Shown: positions 26,727 to 35,873 of the stretch, one piece after another | Layout: each line of letters begins with the position of its first letter | Position numbering within the stretch: the first letter of the stretch is position 1 | IMG/VR virus record: IMGVR_UViG_3300036893_000013 | Location: 1 to 64,000 of that record | Strand: one strand, 5' to 3' | DNA from: a virus | DNA length: 64,000 nucleotides | Program-made: the position numbers and the translations under genes | The notes under the pieces: model-generated | What the model saw: the letters and a program-made list of their open reading frames with translations, nothing else | Databases searched by the model: none | Told to the model about the DNA's origin: nothing

Positions 26727-27850
26727 AAATAAATAGAGAAGAAGAACAGGAGATTGTCGAATTTAAGCGAAGACACCCTGAGTTAGGAAGTAGGGCTATA
26801 GGTACTCACTTTAACCGCCATCATAAATCCGTTAATAGAGTTCTCAATACTTACAAGAAACCTACGGTACTTAACACCGATCCTATTGATATGGATACCC
26901 TTCGTAGGCTGCTAAAGAAGGGTCCGTTATCTTCACTACAGTTAGCAGATGCCCTTAAGACTACTCCGAAGCACGTAGAGGAGCAGATTAAAATCCTAAA
27001 GCAAAAGGGTGCTCTGCTGTTGGTAACCCATAATGGATTACATGACTTGGGGGATAGTATTCTGTTAGAACCCGGAAAGAGTAAGCTTAAGGGAACAGAA
27101 GAATACTGGACTCATACCTTAGGTTTTACTACGGACAACCATCTTTGTAATAAACACGCTAGATTGGATGTTCTTAATGCTGCGTATGATCATTTTGAGC
27201 GAGAGGGTATTACCAAAGCTTATAATGCCGGAAACATGATCGATGGCGAGGCTAGGTTCAACAAAACTGAATTAATCGTAGCTCCGGGGATGGATAACCA
27301 GTTAGACTACTTAATAGATAAGTACCCTAATAAGAAAGACATAACAACTTACTACATATCAGGAGATGATCACGAAGGTTGGTATCAGCAAAGAGAGGGT
27401 ATCGAAGTAGGACATTATCTCCAGATGAGAGCAGAGCAAGCGGGAAGAGACGACCTTAAGTACTTGGGGTACGGAGAAGCAGACGTAGACTTGTTATATG
27501 GCTCTGGGTCTTCTGTTATGAGAGTAGTTCACCCGGGTGGGGGATCAAGTTATGCAATTTCCTATACTGATCAGAAGAGAGTAGAGAGCTACCAAGGGGG
27601 AGAGAAACCGCATGTTGAGCTAGTAGGACACTACCACAAGTTCAACCACGGATACCCTAGGGAAGTCCACACAGTCCAAGGTGGATGTACTATGGATCAG
27701 AGTATGTTCATGAGAAAGAAGAGGTTGCAGGCCCACGTAGGGTATAGTATAATCAAAATCAAGCAAGACGAGACAGGAGTAATTATTCGGTTCTCCGTCG
27801 AATGGTTTCCTTTCTTTGATCGCGGGTTTTATGAGAAGAGGTTTAAATAA
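26720..27850 (+). CDS. HTH-fused calcineurin-like metallophosphoesterase
   Basis: Two N-terminal HTH-like segments; DNHL, AGNMIDG, SGDDHE, HPGGG, GHYHK. Confidence 0.75.
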   Translation: MVKINREEEQEIVEFKRRHPELGSRAIGTHFNRHHKSVNRVLNTYKKPTVLNTDPIDMDTLRRLLKKGPLSSLQLADALKTTPKHVEEQIKILKQKGALLLVTHNGLHDLGDSILLEPGKSKLKGTEEYWTHTLGFTTDNHLCNKHARLDVLNAAYDHFEREGITKAYNAGNMIDGEARFNKTELIVAPGMDNQLDYLIDKYPNKKDITTYYISGDDHEGWYQQREGIEVGHYLQMRAEQAGRDDLKYLGYGEADVDLLYGSGSSVMRVVHPGGGSSYAISYTDQKRVESYQGGEKPHVELVGHYHKFNHGYPREVHTVQGGCTMDQSMFMRKKRLQAHVGYSIIKIKQDETGVIIRFSVEWFPFFDRGFYEKRFK

Positions 27851-28371
27851 TGGATACATGGGTTGTTTCAGACCACCATTTCTATCATGAGAATATACTT
27901 CGTTTTACCGGATACGATGGTAAACCTCTTCGGGTGTTTAGTGATGGTTCTGAAATGAATGAGTATATGATTACTAAACATAACTCTGTGGTTAAGTTTG
28001 ACGATAAAGTGTATTTCTTAGGCGACGTTGTTATGGGAGCTAACGCAGAGAAGATGAAGATAGTTTCTAGACTCAACGGTAAAAAGACCCTTATTCTGGG
28101 TAATCACGATTCCCCCGAGATGAGCTTGTATAGAGCTTTCGGACGCATATATGCTTATAGAAAACTCGATTATTTGCTGCTAACCCACGTACCGGTTCTG
28201 CGCCTCCCTAAATGGGCTAAAGCCAATGTACACGGTCATGTTCATAATAACATTTCGCCGGGAGAGTATGGACCATTATACTACAACGTTAGTATAGAAG
28301 TGCTAGAGGATTACACCCCGATACACTTAGATGAGCTAAACAGAAGAATTGAGTTACAAGGAGGAGTATGA
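27850..28371 (+). CDS. Calcineurin-like phosphoesterase (phage type)
   Basis: SDHHFYH, YFLGD, LGNHD, THVP, HGHVH. Confidence 0.88.
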   Translation: MDTWVVSDHHFYHENILRFTGYDGKPLRVFSDGSEMNEYMITKHNSVVKFDDKVYFLGDVVMGANAEKMKIVSRLNGKKTLILGNHDSPEMSLYRAFGRIYAYRKLDYLLLTHVPVLRLPKWAKANVHGHVHNNISPGEYGPLYYNVSIEVLEDYTPIHLDELNRRIELQGGV

Positions 28372-28655
28372 TGGAATTTCTTTTTGCATATAGTGTCACG
28401 TTTACTATAGATGGAGAATACGACAGTTATAATGTGCTAGCGGGGTCAATCGAAGATGCAGTAGCTATGTCTGAACAGCTTTTAGGGTATATAGATAATG
28501 ATAGCCACGACAGGGAAATTGTTGCTATCAGCAAAGGTATTAAAGTCTTTACTGGAGTGGACTACAAACTACCAGAAATAGAATTGACGGGCATCTTGGA
28601 TGGTGGTTTTAAAGGTATAGATTCTGTTAGGGAGGAGAGGGAGGAGGGCGTATAA
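28368..28655 (+). CDS. Hypothetical acidic protein
   Basis: AGGAGG RBS; coupled to both neighbours. Confidence 0.55.
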   Translation: MMEFLFAYSVTFTIDGEYDSYNVLAGSIEDAVAMSEQLLGYIDNDSHDREIVAISKGIKVFTGVDYKLPEIELTGILDGGFKGIDSVREEREEGV

Positions 28656-28903
28656 TGGAAGATACGATTGCTCACCCTAAGCATTACGAACGTCTCAATC
28701 CGGAACCTATTGATATTATAGAAGCATGGAATATGGATTTCCATTTAGGATGTGCGCTAAAATACATTTGTAGAGCAGGATATAAGGATGATGCAATACA
28801 GGACTTGAAAAAAGCAGTATGGTATATTAATCGTAAAATACAAAGACTGGAAAATAATGGGCAAACGAAAAGCACTACCACCGCTGGCGCAGCAGATATT
28901 TGA
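28655..28903 (+). CDS. DUF3310/SaV-like protein (T7 gp1.7 nucleotide kinase-like)
   Basis: HPKHY...EPIDII...FHLGCALKYICRAGYK...QDLKKAVWY. Confidence 0.85.
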   Translation: MEDTIAHPKHYERLNPEPIDIIEAWNMDFHLGCALKYICRAGYKDDAIQDLKKAVWYINRKIQRLENNGQTKSTTTAGAADI

Positions 28904-29267
28904 AATCATAGCCTACTGGCAACCGAAACTCAGATTAGATAATTGGAAGTTTTCTTTTAAAATCCATGATGATGTTAAGGATATAGAATGCTTTGCGCTC
29001 AATAAACAGGACCCTAACTACGAAATAGCTACTATTGAGGTTTTGGACCCAAGTAAAATTCCAGAATCGTGGAAAGGATGTAGGGATATAGAAGTAACTA
29101 TACTGCATGAGTTGCTTCATACTAGACTTCTATATGTAGCTCCCCTTCCGGAAAAGAAAAAAGAAAAGGGAAAAAAAGCTAACTGGCAGGTAGAGATGGC
29201 GGTAGAAACTATCAGTCGGGCAATGGTGGCCGCAAAAAGGGGCATAGAGCCAGAGGATATTAAATGA
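28857..29267 (+). CDS. HExxH zincin-like protein
   Basis: WQPKLRLDNW...TILHELLH...E.AVE. Confidence 0.6.
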   Translation: MGKRKALPPLAQQIFEIIAYWQPKLRLDNWKFSFKIHDDVKDIECFALNKQDPNYEIATIEVLDPSKIPESWKGCRDIEVTILHELLHTRLLYVAPLPEKKKEKGKKANWQVEMAVETISRAMVAAKRGIEPEDIK

Positions 29268-32200
29268 AAGAGTGGAGTAATTTGGCCCGTGTGGTTTACA
29301 GACGGACCTATAGCCGTAAAGACACTGGGTATTTAGAGAACTGGGATCAAACAGTCGAACGAACAATTGCTGGAAATGTGAAAGGAAAGAATGTACCTGA
29401 AGAAGAAATTAAAGAACTTATTAGGTTGGCTAAAGAACGAAAATCCGGTCCCGCAGGCAGAGGGTACTGGTTCTCAGGAGCACCCAGCCACGCTAAGATC
29501 GGAGGAGCAGCCCTCAACAACTGCTTTTCTGGCGACGAAAAGTTTATAACAAAAGCTGGACCTGTGTCTTTTAGAGAAGCAGTTGGTCTAGAAGTAACAG
29601 TAAAAACAAAATATGGATGGAAAAAAGGAGTTGTTAATAGCTTCGGAAATCAGATCGTTCAGGATGTTGTGTTTGCCCCGGCTGACTCCACGGGAAAGCG
29701 GTATAGGAGTAACCTTCGTCGCAGAGTTCGCGTAACTCCAGATCACGGCTGGTTCTTATTAAATGGAGAAAAAACTACCTCTCTAGAAGTTGGGGACATT
29801 GTACAGTCTGGAAGAGGTCATCAATATCCATTAGATAAAGGAACAGCCTATTATGCCGGATTTCAGCATGGATTAATTTTCGGAGACGGTACTGAAGCAA
29901 ACCACAAGAAAGATGGCTCCTATCGGTTTATGATTAGGCTGTGCGACGATAGAACAAAGAAGTATGCAGATATGTTTGAGGATGTTACTTATCCAGAAAC
30001 ATATGGAGGGGACCCGGTAGGAAGACTAGATTCTTATGAAAACTTAAAGGAGTTTCCTGTTGCTAAGTCTGTAGAATATTTAGCTGGCTTTTTACACGGT
30101 TGGTTAGAAGCAGATGGTAATTACTCCAAGAATACGGCAAGACTTAGTTCACAGAATCCAGAAACTAAACAGTGGCTTTTAGATAATGCTGCTTCTGCCG
30201 GATATATTCTTACTGGTTTCTCGTACAACAATGAAACAACTAACTACGGAAAAAGACATAACCCTCTTATTACGTATACTCTAAGTCAAGAGGAAATTAC
30301 TTGGAAGGTACAAAGCATTGAGATTCTACCAGATGTTGAAGAAGTTTTTTGTGTCACTGTTCCAGAAACAGGAGCCTTTACGCTTGCCTCAGGAATCTAT
30401 ACCTCAAACTGCTGGTTCCTCACCGCAGACGACTGGTACAGCTTCGTCATCGCACAGGACTTACTCATGCTTGGAGGCGGGGTTGGTCTGTCAGTGGAAC
30501 ATCGATTTACGAGTAAACTACCAAAGGTCCGGAGAGACGTTTTCATTCAACATAGAAATACCCGAGACGCAGACTACATTGTACCTGATAGCAGAGAAGG
30601 TTGGAACGAACTCTTACACCGTGTCCTCGAAAGTTATTTCGTTTCAGGGAAGTCGTTTACGTTCAGCACGGTATGTCTACGAGGTAGTGGAGAGATTATC
30701 AAAGGATTTGGGGGGATCAGTTCAGGCCCACTCCCGTTGGTTGATTTCATCCGAACTCTCTCTGGAGTCTTTAAAGCGAGAGAAGGAAAGTTCCTCAGAC
30801 CAATCGACGCCGCAGACATAATCACCGCTACGGGTCAAATGGTCGTGAGTGGAAATGTCCGCAGATCGGCAATTATTATCTTGGGCGATTGCTGGGATAA
30901 AGAGTATTTGAAAGCAAAGCGCTGGGACTTGGGGCAGATTCCTTCCCACCGTAGTAGAGCAAATTATTCAGTAGTGTGTGATGATGTAGAGGACCTTCAT
31001 CCCTCCTTCTGGAAAACTTATGAACAAGGAGAACCTTTTGGAATCGTCAATCGTACGAACATACAGCGTTACGGCAGAATGGGTGAACTTAGACCGGATA
31101 CAGCTATCGGCGTTAATCCGTGTGTACCGGGGCACACAGAAATCTTAACCAAGAATGGCTACCAAAGAATTGACTCATTAATCGATCAAGAAGTGGAGGT
31201 TTGGAATGGTTTTGAGTTCTCCAAAGTAAGACCCAGAAAAACGGGTATTAATCAACCCTTGGTAAAAGTAAAGCTTTCATCGGGACAAGAATTGGATTGT
31301 ACTCCCTACCATCAGTTTGTTCTTGCGTTGGACTACAAAGGAAATACTATAAGAGTAGAAGCTAAAGACCTGAAAAAAGGAGATAAACTAATTAAAAGTT
31401 CGTACCCACTTCTAGAAGGATTTATGCCACTGGGTACGGCATATACTCAGGGTTTTGTCTCTGCGGAAGGTATGGACGGGTATAAGCACTTTAATTTGTA
31501 CGAGCCAAAACTTCCATGTCTAGAAAATTTATCCGTAACCCACGGAGAGTATGACAGCAAGCAAAGCCGACTGCATTGTACTCTGACTTTTGAACCAAAG
31601 GAGAAAACCTTCGTTCCTTTTGAGATGTATACTATATCTGTACGGCTTGCATGGCTATCTGGACTGCTAGATGGAGATGGTACTTGTCTAAAAGAGGGGG
31701 GAAGCCAAATAGCCTCTGTGAATAAAGAGTTTCTTCTCAGAGTGCAGAAAATGTTGACAACACTGGGTATAGCTAGTAAAGTAACATTAGCTAGACAAGA
31801 ATGCTTTAGGTTTCTTCCGGACGGAAAAGGTGGAAAAAAACAATACCTTTGCCAAACTCTTTGGAGATTGCTACTTGGAGCAGTTGAAATGGGGCAACTG
31901 TTAGAACTAGGTTTGAAAACATACCGACTGGATTTTAATGGCTTCTATCCTAATCGCAATGCTTCTCAGTTTGTTAAGGTAGTGGAAGTGGTAGATGAAG
32001 GATTTAGTTCTGACGTTTTCTGTTTCACAGAGCCTAAACGCAATCTTGGATGTTTCGAAGGGATTGTCACCGGGCAATGTGCGGAGGCAACTCTCGAAAA
32101 CGGGGAACCTTGTAATCTTACCGAAACCGCCCTTTGTAACCTCGACGGAAGTGATGAATTTATTAAAGCAGTGCGACTTATGCAACGATACGCAAAAAGA

Positions 32201-32971
32201 GTAACCCTTGAAAGATATCATCACAAAATCTCCGACGAAGTTATTAAAAGAAATCGCCGCACAGGTAATGGAATCACTGGCTGTTTGGCAAGTCCGCTTT
32301 TTACTCCCGAAACATTGGACCGTGCGTATGCAGCGATCCAAGATGAGGATGAAAAATACTCAAAAGAATTAGGTGTTCCTCGCAGTAAACGAACCACCGT
32401 GGTCAAACCCTCCGGAACAATGAGTAAGGTTCTAGACTGTATGGGATATGAAGGAATCCATGCGGCGTATTCTCGGTATATGATTCAGCGAGTTAGGTTT
32501 GCTTCAAACGATCCTTTGATTCCTAAGCTTCGTGCGGCGGGCCATTACATGGAACTGTTGAACGACTTTGGGACCATCGACCGTGGTACAATGGTAGTGG
32601 ACTTCTATGTATCTGCGCCAGAAGGCTATCCTGTTGCCGACGAGGACTGGGATGTATGGAAGCAGTTAGACATTTTAAAAATGGCGCAAAAACATTGGGC
32701 TGACCAATCTGTATCAGTTACGGTATACTATAAGAGAGAAGATATACCTAAGCTAAAAGTGTGGTTAGCTGAGAATCTACAGTATTTAAAAACAATTAGC
32801 TTTTTATGTCATTCGGACCATGGGTTCCCCCAAGCTCCTAAAGAAGCTATTACACAAGAAAGGTTTGAGAAGTTATCCAACAAGATAAAACCCATCGACT
32901 TTGAAGATATCGAAGAAGGTGATATGATTGATGGGATGGAGTGCCAAGGTGGAAGCTGCCCAATTAAATAA
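29264..32971 (+). CDS. nrdJ: Class II (B12-dependent) ribonucleotide reductase with two inteins
   Basis: VYRRTYSR, PAGR, LMLGGGVG, PDSREGW, VVSGNVRRSA, spliced NPCAE, CNLTE, TVVKPSGT, C-terminal CQGGSCPIK. Confidence 0.93.
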   Translation: MKEWSNLARVVYRRTYSRKDTGYLENWDQTVERTIAGNVKGKNVPEEEIKELIRLAKERKSGPAGRGYWFSGAPSHAKIGGAALNNCFSGDEKFITKAGPVSFREAVGLEVTVKTKYGWKKGVVNSFGNQIVQDVVFAPADSTGKRYRSNLRRRVRVTPDHGWFLLNGEKTTSLEVGDIVQSGRGHQYPLDKGTAYYAGFQHGLIFGDGTEANHKKDGSYRFMIRLCDDRTKKYADMFEDVTYPETYGGDPVGRLDSYENLKEFPVAKSVEYLAGFLHGWLEADGNYSKNTARLSSQNPETKQWLLDNAASAGYILTGFSYNNETTNYGKRHNPLITYTLSQEEITWKVQSIEILPDVEEVFCVTVPETGAFTLASGIYTSNCWFLTADDWYSFVIAQDLLMLGGGVGLSVEHRFTSKLPKVRRDVFIQHRNTRDADYIVPDSREGWNELLHRVLESYFVSGKSFTFSTVCLRGSGEIIKGFGGISSGPLPLVDFIRTLSGVFKAREGKFLRPIDAADIITATGQMVVSGNVRRSAIIILGDCWDKEYLKAKRWDLGQIPSHRSRANYSVVCDDVEDLHPSFWKTYEQGEPFGIVNRTNIQRYGRMGELRPDTAIGVNPCVPGHTEILTKNGYQRIDSLIDQEVEVWNGFEFSKVRPRKTGINQPLVKVKLSSGQELDCTPYHQFVLALDYKGNTIRVEAKDLKKGDKLIKSSYPLLEGFMPLGTAYTQGFVSAEGMDGYKHFNLYEPKLPCLENLSVTHGEYDSKQSRLHCTLTFEPKEKTFVPFEMYTISVRLAWLSGLLDGDGTCLKEGGSQIASVNKEFLLRVQKMLTTLGIASKVTLARQECFRFLPDGKGGKKQYLCQTLWRLLLGAVEMGQLLELGLKTYRLDFNGFYPNRNASQFVKVVEVVDEGFSSDVFCFTEPKRNLGCFEGIVTGQCAEATLENGEPCNLTETALCNLDGSDEFIKAVRLMQRYAKRVTLERYHHKISDEVIKRNRRTGNGITGCLASPLFTPETLDRAYAAIQDEDEKYSKELGVPRSKRTTVVKPSGTMSKVLDCMGYEGIHAAYSRYMIQRVRFASNDPLIPKLRAAGHYMELLNDFGTIDRGTMVVDFYVSAPEGYPVADEDWDVWKQLDILKMAQKHWADQSVSVTVYYKREDIPKLKVWLAENLQYLKTISFLCHSDHGFPQAPKEAITQERFEKLSNKIKPIDFEDIEEGDMIDGMECQGGSCPIK
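29522..30409 (+). mobile_element. Intein 1 in NrdJ (296 aa, LAGLIDADG)
   Basis: ALNN|CFSGD...VTPDHGW...HGLIFGDG...LHGWLEADG...GIYTSN|CWFL. Confidence 0.9.
31121..32077 (+). mobile_element. Intein 2 in NrdJ (319 aa, ends in Gln)
   Basis: GVNP|CVPGHT...CTPYHQF...WLSGLLDGDG...GIVTGQ|CAE. Confidence 0.9.
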
Positions 32972-32978
32972 GGAGAAT

Positions 32979-34223
32979 ATGACAATACTGAGTCCAATGA
33001 GTGAGAGTACGTTGCGAATCCGTAAGAAGAAAATGGATATTTTGAAAGAACAACCCCTCAAGCAAGAGGGAGCAGGGTACGGTCTTAAGACTTATTATCT
33101 TAAGAGTGGTAATACGTATAGGGTTAGTTCTGAAGGGGCTTTGGACCTTCATTATACCCTTCCGGTAGGTACATATATTGTACGAGCGGATTTGTCTGGA
33201 TTTTATCTAGAGACTACCGAAAGCTTCAAAGTTCCTAGTGTTCTTTACGGAGATGTTCTGTCTACTGCTCAGAGAATACTAAACACGTTTGCCGAACGGG
33301 AAGTTAGTACCGGAGTTCTCCTTTGCGGGGAAATGGGAAGTGGTAAAACGCTTTTGGCTAAAGTCACGAGTGCAGAAGCAGCTAAACAAGACATTCCCAC
33401 AATCATCGTTAACAGTCCTTACTGTGGGGATACGTTCAATACGTTCATCTCAACTATCCAACAGCCGGTGGTTCTGTTCTTCGATGAATTTGAGAAGGTA
33501 TACGACGAAGAACATCAACAGGCTTTGCTGACCTTGTTTGATGGAGTGTTTGGTAATAAGAAACTCTTTGTCTGCACTTCTAACAGCAAGTGGAAAATCG
33601 ACCTTCACATGAAAAACCGTCCCGGAAGATTCTTTTATTTTTTGGAATTCGAAGGGTTGGACTATAACTTCATCAGAGAGTACTGCGAGAAGAATCTTTT
33701 AGACAAGAAGTTTACGGAACAAGTGTGCGTGCTAGCGACACTTTATGATTCTCTCAACTTCGACATGCTTCAAGCGATTGTAGAAGAAATTAACCGGTAT
33801 GGGGAAAGTCCTAGACAAGTGATTAAGTTCTTGAATACGAAGCCCAGCGTAACTGCACAGGCGACCTATAACCTTCTTCTAACCCTTAATGGAGTCGATC
33901 TACCGAGTCAAAATCTCAGTAATAGACAGTGGGCTGGAAATGCTCTGGATTCTGATATTGATGTATACTACAAACTGGTCAATGTACCCGAGGGTGCAAA
34001 TTTGGAAGAAGAAGATTATGCTGCCCCTTCTGTCGCCCCTTCTGTCGCTTCAGCGCTAGAAGCTATCAGCCTCATTCCTTGGAGTGTGATGCGTTTCACT
34101 ACGCAGGATATCATATTCGTAGATGTTCGAACTGGGATTGTAAGATTTCAAAAAGATAACACTGTCTTGACTCTTACCAGAGAAGTTAAAAAGGCATTCG
34201 ACTACGAAAGAGTTCTGGCATGA
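32979..34223 (+). CDS. AAA+ ATPase
   Basis: TGVLLCGEMGSGKTLLAK, FFDEFEK, LLTLFDG, NRPGRF; AAGGAG RBS. Confidence 0.85.
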   Translation: MTILSPMSESTLRIRKKKMDILKEQPLKQEGAGYGLKTYYLKSGNTYRVSSEGALDLHYTLPVGTYIVRADLSGFYLETTESFKVPSVLYGDVLSTAQRILNTFAEREVSTGVLLCGEMGSGKTLLAKVTSAEAAKQDIPTIIVNSPYCGDTFNTFISTIQQPVVLFFDEFEKVYDEEHQQALLTLFDGVFGNKKLFVCTSNSKWKIDLHMKNRPGRFFYFLEFEGLDYNFIREYCEKNLLDKKFTEQVCVLATLYDSLNFDMLQAIVEEINRYGESPRQVIKFLNTKPSVTAQATYNLLLTLNGVDLPSQNLSNRQWAGNALDSDIDVYYKLVNVPEGANLEEEDYAAPSVAPSVASALEAISLIPWSVMRFTTQDIIFVDVRTGIVRFQKDNTVLTLTREVKKAFDYERVLA

Positions 34224-34420
34224 AGGTTACTCAAGTAGAACTAGAGAACGTAGGTCATCCCGCAAAGATGGTCTGCTGGCTTAATCGGGGAAGGTACAAG
34301 TTCAAAACAGGAACCATACTTTCATTGGAAGGGGTAGACGGACTATGGAAGGTGAGTAAGGTATATAGTACTCAGGATCATTACTCTATTAACAGGAAGT
34401 GGGATGTGGGAGGATTATGA
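34220..34420 (+). CDS. Hypothetical protein
   Basis: 66-aa ORF with ATGA overlaps on both sides. Confidence 0.55.
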   Translation: MKVTQVELENVGHPAKMVCWLNRGRYKFKTGTILSLEGVDGLWKVSKVYSTQDHYSINRKWDVGGL

Positions 34421-35388
34421 GCATATCGGATTCGGTAGCACAAATTGAGAAACAATTTGGGAAAGGTTCTATCGCACAGTTAGGAGCGAAAGGGGCCTTT
34501 CTACCTATATCCTCTATCTCAACTACTTCATTAAGTTTTGATAAAGCATTGGGTATAGGAGGTATTCCAAAAGGCCGGATAACTGAAATCTTCGGTCCTC
34601 AGTCATCTGGCAAAACTACGGCTTGTTTACACGTCATCGCAGAGGCTCAAAGAACTGGGGGAATTGCAGCCTTTATTGACGCAGAACACGCTATCGATCC
34701 TGTTTATGCTAAAAAGCTAGGAGTCAATACAGATGAACTGTGGGTGTCACAACCGGATAGCGGAGAGCAAGGATTAGAGATAACGGATTATTTAGTTAGG
34801 TCGGGCGATGTGTCAGTGCTGGTTATAGACTCGGTAGCTGCGCTAGTTCCTAAAGCAGAGCTAGAAGGTGATATGGGAGACTCTCATATGGGTCTACAAG
34901 CTAGACTAATGGCTCAGGCACTCCGTAAGTTAACGGGGGCTGTTGCTAAAACCCAAACCGCTTTAGTATTTATCAATCAGGTAAGGGATAAAATTGGTGG
35001 ATACGGGGCTTCCGAAACAACTACCGGAGGAAGATCGTTACCTTTTTATGCTTCCGTTCGTATAGATATCCGTAGAATCCAGAATATAAAAGAAGGAGAT
35101 AATGTTGTAGGGAGTCGTACTAAAGTCAAAATTGTAAAGAATAAACTAGCTGCTCCCTTCAAAGAGACAGAATTCGATATCATGTATGGAGAGGGAATTA
35201 GCCGGGAGGGAGATTCTCTTGATTTAGCCGTAGAAGCGGGCATAGTGGATAAGTCTGGGGCATGGTACAGTTATAACGGAGAACGGTTAGGGCAAGGAAG
35301 GGAGAAAACTAAACTATTCCTTAAGGAAAACCAAGAAATGTTGCTTAAAATTGAGCAAGAAGTAAAAGAGAGTTGGGAGGAGTTATGA
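34417..35388 (+). CDS. recA: RecA recombinase (bacterial-type)
   Basis: [70 protein letters not shown]. Confidence 0.97.
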   Translation: MSISDSVAQIEKQFGKGSIAQLGAKGAFLPISSISTTSLSFDKALGIGGIPKGRITEIFGPQSSGKTTACLHVIAEAQRTGGIAAFIDAEHAIDPVYAKKLGVNTDELWVSQPDSGEQGLEITDYLVRSGDVSVLVIDSVAALVPKAELEGDMGDSHMGLQARLMAQALRKLTGAVAKTQTALVFINQVRDKIGGYGASETTTGGRSLPFYASVRIDIRRIQNIKEGDNVVGSRTKVKIVKNKLAAPFKETEFDIMYGEGISREGDSLDLAVEAGIVDKSGAWYSYNGERLGQGREKTKLFLKENQEMLLKIEQEVKESWEEL

Positions 35389-35591
35389 TCACATACCCGA
35401 ATTTAAAGGAGTTTCTACAGTTTTTTCGTCTTCAGCCCACTTGGGATGAACTTAAAACAAAATATCCGTCAGTGATTAAAGGAGACCGGAAAGCTACCTA
35501 CGAAAACGGAGTAAATGACGGTAAAGTACTGTTTGCCAGAGAGACGTGGAGAGTTCTGGGGTTTGAGGAGAATGAGGAAGATGAAACATAA
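35385..35591 (+). CDS. Hypothetical protein
   Basis: GGAGGAG RBS; ATGA overlap with recA. Confidence 0.55.
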   Translation: MITYPNLKEFLQFFRLQPTWDELKTKYPSVIKGDRKATYENGVNDGKVLFARETWRVLGFEENEEDET

Positions 35592-35859
35592 ATACGGAAA
35601 ATGGACTTTTAGAGAAGACAATAATACTCTTCAGTTACCGGAAGGGTATCCTTATGGAGCATATTACTTTGACCTTGATAGGACCCATTCTAGCGCAGCG
35701 GTTCTAGATCAAATATTCCAAATATCTGGGAAAATTTGGGCTACACCTAGAATTACAAAGTCTCTGCTGACAGCAATAACCGAGTTGGTTGATCCCCAAG
35801 CGAACCTCTGTAGCGGAGGGGCCGAAAAGACTCTGGGCAAGAAAAAACCCACCGGTTAA
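35581..35859 (+). CDS. Hypothetical protein
   Basis: Last gene of the + arm; GAGGAAG RBS. Confidence 0.55.
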   Translation: MKHKYGKWTFREDNNTLQLPEGYPYGAYYFDLDRTHSSAAVLDQIFQISGKIWATPRITKSLLTAITELVDPQANLCSGGAEKTLGKKKPTG

Positions 35860-35873
35860 GGTGGGTTATTCTT
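35841..35873. terminator. Intrinsic terminator between convergent arms
   Basis: AACCCACC-GGTTAA-GGTGGGTT hairpin. The preceding A-run is a U-tract on the - strand; both stop codons fall within the element. Confidence 0.75.

Noticed and set aside
34023-34050. 12-bp tandem repeat GCCCCTTCTGTC
   Set aside because: In-frame linker duplication (APSVAPSV) with no further structure.
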